Source of the DNA: Kiloniellaceae bacterium
GTDB lineage: Bacteria > Pseudomonadota > Alphaproteobacteria > Kiloniellales > J153
Assembly (NCBI GenBank): GCA_021776055.1
Contig: JAJFGP010000142.1
Span: 1,298-65,297, forward strand
Reading direction: 5' to 3'
Length of the DNA stretch: 64,000 nucleotides
In this document: in pieces, positions 1-6,876 of the stretch
How the letters are laid out: each line of letters opens with the position of its first letter
How positions within the stretch are numbered: the stretch's first letter is position 1
Position numbers and translations under genes: made by a program
The notes under the pieces: model-generated
What the model saw: the letters and a program-made list of their open reading frames with translations, nothing else
Told to the model about the DNA's origin: nothing
The model's database searches: none

Positions 1-324
1 GATGCCCAGGTGCTCACGCAGCGCCTCGGCATCGGCAATCAAATGCGGTGTCGTATTGGCCGAGAGCTCACCCAGCGGTGTCGAGCGGCCGGCGCCGCGC
101 TGATCGAAGATAACGATGCGATAGTGCGCCGGGTCGAAGAACCGCCGGTGCGCGGCCGATGCGCCGGCGCCCGGACCCCCATGCAGGAACAGCACCGGCT
201 GACCGTCCGGATTTCCCGATTGTTCCCAATACAGGCTATGCGGTGCCTCGCGCGGCAACATGCCGTCGGCAAAGGCTTCGATTGGCGGAAAAAGATCGGG
301 CGGTGACTTGGCGTGCTCGGACAC
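1..324 (-). CDS. pip: Proline iminopeptidase, 5' part (runs off the left edge; absent from the ORF track)
   Basis: Manual minus-strand translation from GTG at 324: MSEHAKSPPDLFPPIEAF...HSLYWEQSGNPDGQPVLFLHGGPGAG...RRFFDPAHYRIVIFDQRGAGRSTP, the typical Pip N-terminal motifs. Confidence 0.93.
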   Translation of the reverse strand, partial: MSEHAKSPPDLFPPIEAFADGMLPREAPHSLYWEQSGNPDGQPVLFLHGGPGAGASAAHRRFFDPAHYRIVIFDQRGAGRSTPLGELSANTTPHLIADAEALREHLGI

Positions 325-465
325 AGGGAGGCGCGGCCTTCTTTCGTGGCATCTGGCTTTCGTGACATCCTGCGCTGGATTGCACGCGCGATCCTCCCTA
401 TATCGCATTGACGACGGCACTTGCCAATGGCCTGGCGGCGGCGCCAACTGATGCCAGGAGCTGAG

Positions 466-1272
466 ATGTATTTTAGCATCCGACGGGTTTTTCTTTGTCT
501 CGCGCTGATCTGGGTGCCGCGTATCGCGACTGCCGAGGTCGCGCCCGATTCTATCGCCGGCCTGGCCGGCTCCGAAATCGCCCGCATCACCGAGATCGTC
601 GACGGCGATACGGTGGTTTTGGCCGATGGCCGGCAGGTCCGCCTGGTTGGCATACAAGCGCCGAAGTTGCCCCTGGGCCGTACAGGTTTCGAGGCCTGGC
701 CGCTGGCGAAAGAGGCGAAGGCGGCGCTCTCGACCTTAAGCCTCGGCCGCGAGGTCCGCTTGGCCTATGGCGGCCGCCGGGGAGATCGGCATGGCCGCGC
801 GCTGGCCCATCTTATCGATGAGTCCTCTCGCGGCTGGGTGCAGGGCGCCCTGCTCGAGGAGGGCATGGCCCGTGTCTATAGCTTCCAGGACAACCGGGCG
901 CTGGTCCCCGAGATGCTGGTACGCGAAGCAGCGGCGCGCGCGAACCGCCGCGGCATCTGGGCGGACCCCTTCTACGCCGTGCGCACGCCCGAAGAGGCGG
1001 ATCGCTATCTCGGCCGCTTCGAGTTGATCCAGGGTCGGGTGCGCGATGTTGCCATCGTGCGTGGCCGCGTCTATCTCAACTTTGGGGCCGATTGGCGCAG
1101 CGACTTTACCGCCAGCCTGGCCTCGAAGGTTCGCCGCCTGTTCGAGTCCGAGCAAATCGATCCGCTATCCTATCGTGGCCGTATCGTGCGCGTGCGCGGT
1201 TGGCTAAAATCCCGAAATGGACCGATGGTGGACATAACCCATCCCGAACAAATCGAGGTCATTGTCGAATGA
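466..1272 (+). CDS. Exported thermonuclease (SNase-like) family protein with a C-terminal OB-fold-like domain
   Basis: IVDGDTV, VRLVGIQAP and DRHGRALA motifs; hydrophobic N-terminus; AGGAG just upstream of ATG 466 (the ORF is open from 421). Confidence 0.85.
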   Translation: MYFSIRRVFLCLALIWVPRIATAEVAPDSIAGLAGSEIARITEIVDGDTVVLADGRQVRLVGIQAPKLPLGRTGFEAWPLAKEAKAALSTLSLGREVRLAYGGRRGDRHGRALAHLIDESSRGWVQGALLEEGMARVYSFQDNRALVPEMLVREAAARANRRGIWADPFYAVRTPEEADRYLGRFELIQGRVRDVAIVRGRVYLNFGADWRSDFTASLASKVRRLFESEQIDPLSYRGRIVRVRGWLKSRNGPMVDITHPEQIEVIVE

Positions 1273-1325
1273 TATTGCGCCGAATGATGTTGCCCCGAAT
1301 GATGTTGCCCCGAATGAGTTTGCGC
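1266..1325 (+). repeat. 4 x 15-bp tandem repeat CGAATGA(T/G)(A/G/T)TTGC(G/C)C across the nuclease stop and protease start
   Basis: Units at 1266, 1281, 1296 and 1311; each holds an ATGA overlap; encodes MILRR-MMLPR-MMLPR-MSLRP. Confidence 0.95.
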
Positions 1326-2783
1326 CCCGTTCAGATCTTCGCCGCCCTTATTGCTCTTGTCGCGCCGGGCCTGCTTGCCGGTTGTACGACCGCGCCGGCC
1401 ACGGGCCGAACCTTCTTCTCCGGCGGCATGTCGGCCGAGGATGAGGCGCGCCTGGGCCTTCAAGAACACCAAAAGATCGTCCCGCAATTCGGCGGCGTCT
1501 ATGAGAACGCGGAGCTGAGCGCTTATATCGCGAGCATCGGCAATCTACTGGCCCGGACCTCGGAGATTCCAAACCAGAAGTTCACCTTCACCGTCCTCGA
1601 CAGTCCCATCGTCAACGCCTTCGCCCTGCCCGGCGGCTATGTCTATGTGACCCGGGGTCTGCTGGTCCTGGCCGAAAGTGAGGCCGAGGTGGCCGGTGTG
1701 CTAGCGCACGAAATCGGTCACGTGGCGGCCCGCCATAGCGCCGAACGCTATGGTCAGAACGTGGCCACGAAGATTGCCGGCGTCGGGCTTGGCGTGTTGC
1801 TGGGCAGCAAGGCCGTTTCGGATACTTTCACCGCCGCCAGCTCCGTTGCCTTGCGCAGCTTCTCGCGCGAGCAGGAGTATGAGTCGGATCTGTTGGGTGT
1901 GCGCTATCTCAGCCGCGCCGGTTTCGATGCCAATGCCATGGCCGGGTTTCTCTCGCGGCTGCAAGCAGACAGCCGCCTGCAGGCCGAGCTGGCGAATCAA
2001 CCGGGCCGTGCCGACGAATTCAATATCATGCAGACGCACCCACGCACCGCCGACCGCATCCAACGGGCCATCGCCCAGGCGGGTGCGGCGCCCGTCAAGG
2101 ATCCGATTGTCGGCCGCGGCGTCTTTCTGGGCAAAATCGACGGCATGCTTTATGGCGACAATCCCGACCAAGGATTAATCCGTGGCCGCCAGTTCCTGCA
2201 TCCGAATTTGCGATTCGCCTTCACGGTCCCCGAAGGCTTCCGTCTGGCGAACAGCAGCCAACGCGTGGTCGCGAGCGGACCGGAGGGTGCCGGCATCATC
2301 TTCGATCAGGTCAGCCAACCGGGCGGCGGCACCATGTCTGCCTACCTGACCCAGGTGTGGGCCAAGGGGGCAACGGTGCAAGGCGTCGAGGCGATTACCA
2401 TCAACGGCATGGCGGCGGCGACCGGGCAGGTCTCGGTCAACGGGCGCAGCGGCCCGCGCGATCTGCGCTTGATCGCCATTCGCTACGACGACAAAACGGT
2501 CTATCGCATGCTTTTTGTGACCCCGCCGAAGCTAACCGAGTCTTTGTCGCAACCCTTGCGCGAGACGACCTACAGTTTCCGCAAACTCAGCGCCGCCGAG
2601 GCGGCGGCCGTGAAACCCTGGCGTCTAGTGATGCACAAAGTGCGCTCGGGAGAAACGGCAAGCAAGCTGGCAAAGCGCATGCCCTTTCCGGACTTCCAAC
2701 TGAAGCGGTTCCTGGTCCTCAACGGCTTGGCGGAAAACAACCCGCTGCCGGCGGGGCGCACGGTGAAGCTCGTTGTCGAGTAG
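1269..2783 (+). CDS. M48 family zinc metalloprotease lipoprotein (BepA/YggG-like) with a C-terminal LysM-like domain
   Basis: Lipobox LLAGC, NAFALPGG, AHEIGH (HExxH), SREQEYESD, THP; C-terminus HKVRSGETASKLA...LNGL...LPAGRTVKLV. Start is 1269 (ATGA overlap) or 1314. Confidence 0.9.
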   Translation: MILRRMMLPRMMLPRMSLRPVQIFAALIALVAPGLLAGCTTAPATGRTFFSGGMSAEDEARLGLQEHQKIVPQFGGVYENAELSAYIASIGNLLARTSEIPNQKFTFTVLDSPIVNAFALPGGYVYVTRGLLVLAESEAEVAGVLAHEIGHVAARHSAERYGQNVATKIAGVGLGVLLGSKAVSDTFTAASSVALRSFSREQEYESDLLGVRYLSRAGFDANAMAGFLSRLQADSRLQAELANQPGRADEFNIMQTHPRTADRIQRAIAQAGAAPVKDPIVGRGVFLGKIDGMLYGDNPDQGLIRGRQFLHPNLRFAFTVPEGFRLANSSQRVVASGPEGAGIIFDQVSQPGGGTMSAYLTQVWAKGATVQGVEAITINGMAAATGQVSVNGRSGPRDLRLIAIRYDDKTVYRMLFVTPPKLTESLSQPLRETTYSFRKLSAAEAAAVKPWRLVMHKVRSGETASKLAKRMPFPDFQLKRFLVLNGLAENNPLPAGRTVKLVVE

Positions 2784-2785
2784 CT

Positions 2786-3586
2786 TTACGCCTCGATGCG
2801 ATCGACCAGGGCGCCGTCGGGGGTCAGGCAAGCGGCCATAAGGCTGCCGCCAAAGCCGCAGCCGGCATCGAGCGTTGCCGTATAGTCCGTGAGTTTGAAG
2901 CCCGCGTGACTGGGATCGAAGCCGCGACAAATGCGGCGAAAAGCACCGTATGGGGCGGCGATGTCGTGAAAGTGGCCGCTGTTCCACCAAAAGCTATCGC
3001 TCTGCGCTTCCAGTGGCCGGGTCGGGTCCAGGCCGGTGTTGACGAAGAGCAGCGTCCCGTCATCGGTATAAGCCGCCCGGCGCAACGAGCCCATGAGCTG
3101 ATAGTGGCCGGGCACCGCCTGCACTGCCTGGCGCAGGCGCCCGGTCCAGCGGGTCAGCGCCACCGTGCCCGCCGCGGCCTCGCGCAGCGCCTCGTCCGGG
3201 GAAATCGCGTACGATTGCAGGGTCGCCCCCACGCCCTGCGCGATCATCCAATCGAGCACACCGCGCGCATCGGCGGCGAATTGTAACTGCAAGAGCTTTT
3301 GCCACATCTCTTCTTGCCCGCCGCGCAGGTAAATCACGTCCTCCACATCGCTGTGGGGTCGGGCCAAAACGGCAATGCGGAAGTCGAGCAAGGAATCGAC
3401 GGTTTCACGGCTGGCCGCGCCGCGGCCGATCATATTTCCAAGGTAAACGATGCGATCGCAGGTTTGCAGACGGGACCATAACGCGGCATGCAGGCGGTCA
3501 AGCCGATCGACGTCGGCATGCACCGCACCGATCGCCCAAACCCGACGAACCCCGCGTAATACTGCAAATTTTTGCCGATCGGTCAT
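2786..3586 (-). CDS. Calcineurin-like metallophosphoesterase fold protein with degenerate metal ligands
   Basis: Motif positions resemble the PrpA/ApaH family but read IGAVHA, LGNMIGRG, LRGGQE and FVNTG. Confidence 0.75.
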   Translation of the reverse strand: MTDRQKFAVLRGVRRVWAIGAVHADVDRLDRLHAALWSRLQTCDRIVYLGNMIGRGAASRETVDSLLDFRIAVLARPHSDVEDVIYLRGGQEEMWQKLLQLQFAADARGVLDWMIAQGVGATLQSYAISPDEALREAAAGTVALTRWTGRLRQAVQAVPGHYQLMGSLRRAAYTDDGTLLFVNTGLDPTRPLEAQSDSFWWNSGHFHDIAAPYGAFRRICRGFDPSHAGFKLTDYTATLDAGCGFGGSLMAACLTPDGALVDRIEA

Positions 3587-3640
3587 GTCGCCGTCACGCC
3601 GTGACGCGAAACGCGTGAAGCCCCGTTACCGGCAAAGAAA

Positions 3641-4138
3641 TTACGCCGCGGTCAGCAGCTCTTCGAGCTTGTTGGCCGCGGCCGTCTCGTCGATCTTTTC
3701 CACGGCGGCCAGTTCGCGCGCCAACCGATCGAGGGCGGCCTGATACATCTGCCGCTCGCTGTACGACTGATCCGGCTGATCGGAATTGCGATGCAGATCG
3801 CGGACCACCTCGGCGATAGAGACTGGGTCGCCGGAGTTGATCTTGGCCTCGTACTCCTGCGCCCGCCGGCTCCACATGGTCCGCTTCACCCGGCTGCGTC
3901 CCTTCAGGGTGGCCAGGGCGGTATCCATCATCTTGCGGCTGGAGAGCTTGCGCAGGCCTGAATCCTCGGCCTTCTCCACCGGAACCCGCAGGGTCATGCG
4001 ATCCTTCTCGAACTTGATCACAATAAGCCGCAAGGCCTGTCCGGCGATCTCCTGTTTTTCGATCCCTATGACTCGACCAACGCCATGCGTCGGATAAACA
4101 ACATAGTCGCCTGCACCGAATTCGATCGCCTTTGCCAT
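3641..4138 (-). CDS. carD: CarD/CdnL family RNA polymerase-binding regulator
   Basis: VVYPTHGVGRV, RTMWSRRAQEYEAKINSGD, QSYSERQMY. Confidence 0.96.
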   Translation of the reverse strand: MAKAIEFGAGDYVVYPTHGVGRVIGIEKQEIAGQALRLIVIKFEKDRMTLRVPVEKAEDSGLRKLSSRKMMDTALATLKGRSRVKRTMWSRRAQEYEAKINSGDPVSIAEVVRDLHRNSDQPDQSYSERQMYQAALDRLARELAAVEKIDETAAANKLEELLTAA

Positions 4139-4418
4139 GATGTGCTCTTTGCTCCGTCTAATCCCGCCTACGGCTGCGTACGCCGGAAGCTGGGGGCCCG
4201 GCCTATCTCCCGCCGGCCCCTCTCCCGATCGTCTGCCGACCGCCGCCTGGTTCCGACCCGCCTAATAACGTATGGCCGAGACAAAAGCGCCGCAGTTCCC
4301 CCTACGGCACCTCGTTCCGGCTCTCGTCTGCGAATTCGGGTCTGGCCCCAGATCTTCCGAAAACCGCACCGCCGCAGCGGATCCGGCCTTCTTGGCAACC
4401 GGCAATCTTAAGATATTA

Positions 4419-4447
4419 TATATACGCTATTTTTCTCGATTAGACAA
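4419..4447 (-). promoter_or_regulatory. Probable sigma70 promoter of carD
   Basis: Minus strand TTGTCT-N17-TATATA in an AT-rich patch about 280 bp upstream of the carD start. Confidence 0.6.
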
Positions 4448-4538
4448 GTGTTGCAGTGCAATAACCGCGAAGCTTGGTTTGTTGCCAAGCAATATCGTTA
4501 AGTCCTGCCCAGGACCGCCTCAGAACCCAGCGGAAAGC

Positions 4539-4883
4539 TTAACCATTGCTCTGGCCAGGTTTCGGGCTGAAGAACTTCTCGTACTTGCCCTCCATACCCT
4601 TGTAGTCTTCCGAATCTGCCGGCGGCTCGCCTTTCCTGGTAATATTCGGCCACTTGTTGTCGCTGTATTCGCGATTCAACTCCAACCAGGCCTCAGCCTT
4701 GGGATCGGTATCCGGCAAGATGGCCTCGGGCGGGCATTCCGGCTCGCAGACACCGCAATCGATGCACTCGTCCGGATGGATGACCAGCATATTCTCGCCG
4801 ACGTAAAAACAATCGACGGGACAGACCTCGATGCAGTCCATGTATTTGCACTTGATGCACGCTTCGGTGACGATGTAGGTCAT
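4539..4883 (-). CDS. fdxA: Ferredoxin (7Fe, FdxA type)
   Basis: [27 protein letters not shown]...[12 protein letters not shown]. Confidence 0.97.
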   Translation of the reverse strand: MTYIVTEACIKCKYMDCIEVCPVDCFYVGENMLVIHPDECIDCGVCEPECPPEAILPDTDPKAEAWLELNREYSDNKWPNITRKGEPPADSEDYKGMEGKYEKFFSPKPGQSNG

Positions 4884-4917
4884 TGCCTCGTTCTCCTAAA
4901 TCCAGTGCCCGCCTACC

Positions 4918-5400
4918 CTAGGCTTGGCCAAGGCGCGCCAAGGCCCGGTTGCGGGCCGCCGTGTTTTCCCGGTCGGGGACGTGTAACAGGCCGGTTAGCC
5001 GGCGCATCAAGCTAGCTTCGTGGTCGTGTAGCTCGCCATCGGCGTAAATGACTTCCCAGAGCATCTCCAAAAGCTCGATCCGTTCCGCCTGATCGAAGGA
5101 CTTGTTCACGACGCGCGTAAATCCGTGCAGTTGGCTCGCCTGCGCCACCCGCTCTTCGGCCGCCGCCAGCAGACTCAGGCTTTCCTCGCCGTTCAGATCG
5201 AACCGGTCCGTAACCAGTTCGAGAACCTTGCTCCGTTCGCCCGTATCGAAATCGTCGTCCATCTGCGCGGCTTCGACCAACAGCGCCGCTGCCGCGATCT
5301 GCAATTCATCGACGCTATGGCGGCCACCAGGCACGGCCGCGCCACCGCGTCGATCCAGAAACAAGGCCTTAAATCGGTTGATCACGCTGATCCGTATCAT
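4918..5400 (-). CDS. TerB family protein
   Basis: AAALLVEAAQMD, LHGFTRVVN, ERIELLEMLWEVIYADGELHDHE. Confidence 0.85.
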   Translation of the reverse strand: MIRISVINRFKALFLDRRGGAAVPGGRHSVDELQIAAAALLVEAAQMDDDFDTGERSKVLELVTDRFDLNGEESLSLLAAAEERVAQASQLHGFTRVVNKSFDQAERIELLEMLWEVIYADGELHDHEASLMRRLTGLLHVPDRENTAARNRALARLGQA

Positions 5401-5503
5401 GCCGGTGCAACGGCACGCAACCCTATGTCTCGTGCGGGTTTTCGGGCATCCGGCGCCGCTTCCGCGCTTGCTGCAAGATTGTCTGAGGGCTAACCTTTTC
5501 GCC

Positions 5504-6139
5504 ATGACCGATCAGCCCGACAGCACCGGCCTCGGCACCAGCGGGGCGCGCCGTTTCGCCCCCGCGGCACAGCGCAACCGGCAAGCGATTCTCGATGTCC
5601 TCTCGCGCGTACTGCCACCGCGCGGACTGGTTTTGGAGTTTGCCAGCGGCAGCGGCGAACACGCGGTGCATTTTGCGTGTAGCCTTCCGTCCTGGCGTTG
5701 GCAACCAAGCGATCCGGACCCGGACAGCCGACGCAGCATCGACGCCCACGCCGCCGCCGAGGCATGCTCGAACGTGCTCCCGGCCCTCGATCTAGATGTC
5801 ACGGCACCGGAATGGCCGGTGCTTACCGCCGATGCTATCGCCTGCATCAACATGGTGCATATTTCGCCGTGGGCCGCGAGCGAAGGATTGTTCGCCGGTG
5901 CCGGACGGATTTTGCCGTCCGGCGGGGTTCTCTATCTCTACGGTCCGTACAAGCAAAACGGGCGCCACACGGCGCCCTCCAACGAGGCCTTCGACGCCTC
6001 TTTGCGCCAACGGAACAGCACTTGGGGCGTACGCAATCTGGAGGATCTGACGGCGCTGGCGACGCAAGCCGGCCTCGCTCTGCGCGAGGTCGTCGAGATG
6101 CCCGCTAACAATCTGTCGCTGGTTTTTGCAAAAACCTAG
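5504..6139 (+). CDS. DUF938 family SAM-dependent methyltransferase
   Basis: APAAQRNRQAIL, VLEFASGSGEHA, WQPSD, INMVHISPW, LYGPY, EMPANN. Confidence 0.92.
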   Translation: MTDQPDSTGLGTSGARRFAPAAQRNRQAILDVLSRVLPPRGLVLEFASGSGEHAVHFACSLPSWRWQPSDPDPDSRRSIDAHAAAEACSNVLPALDLDVTAPEWPVLTADAIACINMVHISPWAASEGLFAGAGRILPSGGVLYLYGPYKQNGRHTAPSNEAFDASLRQRNSTWGVRNLEDLTALATQAGLALREVVEMPANNLSLVFAKT

Positions 6140-6140
6140 C

Positions 6141-6163
6141 TGCACCGCCGTTTTGGCGGTGTA
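6141..6163. terminator. Hairpin between convergent genes
   Basis: TGCACCGCC-GTTTT-GGCGGTGTA. Confidence 0.55.
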
Positions 6164-6180
6164 CCGGGCGGGCTATGCGA

Positions 6181-6384
6181 TTACGCGGCTTTGCGATCCG
6201 TCGGCGACTGGGGCCTACCGCGCCCGGTTGCCGTCTGAACCCTTACCAAACTCGAGAGCACGTGCACCATCGAGTCGATGGAAAAAGTAGACACCGCGAT
6301 TTTCGACCGCCCGCGACCTCGGGCGCGGTCTTTCCGCGCTTGCTTTAGGGTCCGGATCGGTCTCAGCAAATAAGGACTAACCAT
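6181..6384 (-). CDS. Small basic hypothetical protein (67 aa)
   Basis: ATG with GAGG RBS, fills an otherwise empty interval, upstream CtrA-type box; Arg-rich N-half. Confidence 0.6.
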   Translation of the reverse strand: MVSPYLLRPIRTLKQARKDRARGRGRSKIAVSTFSIDSMVHVLSSLVRVQTATGRGRPQSPTDRKAA

Positions 6385-6453
6385 AGTAGCCTCGAAACAC
6401 TCTACATCTAAGCGGTCTTTCCCGCACTGCCACGAATCCTAAGTTTGCGATAG

Positions 6454-6469
6454 TTAACATGGAGTTAAC
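6454..6469. promoter_or_regulatory. CtrA-type binding site TTAA-N7-TTAAC
   Basis: TTAA-CATGGAG-TTAAC; also reads TTAA-N7-TTAAC on the minus strand; a GANTC site (GAATC 6434-6438) lies downstream on the minus strand. Confidence 0.75.
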
Positions 6470-6504
6470 CATAAGTAGATTTTTGCGGCGCACCCGCAAC
6501 CACC

Positions 6505-6876
6505 TCAATCCTGATCCTTGAGACGTTGGAGGGCTCGGCGGTCGCGCTTGTTGGGACGGCCACCGGAACGGACCGGATCTGGCGAGGACGGCTGACTGGA
6601 CGCCGCACCGGGTGGCTTGAGATCTTCATAGAGCAATCGGGCTTCCGGCGCCGGGCCGCGCCGGGTTGCCAGCGCCAGCACCTTGACCACCCGGATGAGC
6701 CGAGCCTGGGGAAACGTCAGGACATCGCCGACCTCGATCTTGTGATGTGCCTTGTTGACGACCGTGCCGTCAATGCGCAGGCGCCCGGCGGCACACACGC
6801 GGCTTGCGGTGCTGCGGCTTTTGAAGAACCGCGCGTACCATAGCCACTTGTCCAGGCGCAGGGCCGGCTCGCTCAT
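6505..6876 (-). CDS. hslR: RNA-binding S4 domain protein (Hsp15-like)
   Basis: LRLDKWLWYARFFKSRS, RRGPAPEARLLYEDL, GGRPNKRDRR. Confidence 0.93.
   Translation of the reverse strand: MSEPALRLDKWLWYARFFKSRSTASRVCAAGRLRIDGTVVNKAHHKIEVGDVLTFPQARLIRVVKVLALATRRGPAPEARLLYEDLKPPGAASSQPSSPDPVRSGGRPNKRDRRALQRLKDQD

Noticed and set aside
10-306. 98-aa plus-strand ORF
   Set aside because: It is the codon-aligned antisense shadow of pip, which has clear motifs on the minus strand
1092-1268. N-terminal extensions given by the ORF track (also at 12251..13621, 25475, 33336, 39700..40569, 46990, 55398)
   Set aside because: They overlap upstream genes or the tRNA and lack family similarity; the real starts are downstream
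6181-6384. Identification as SciP
   Set aside because: It has none of the LPP...RW..RRKA.VV SciP motifs
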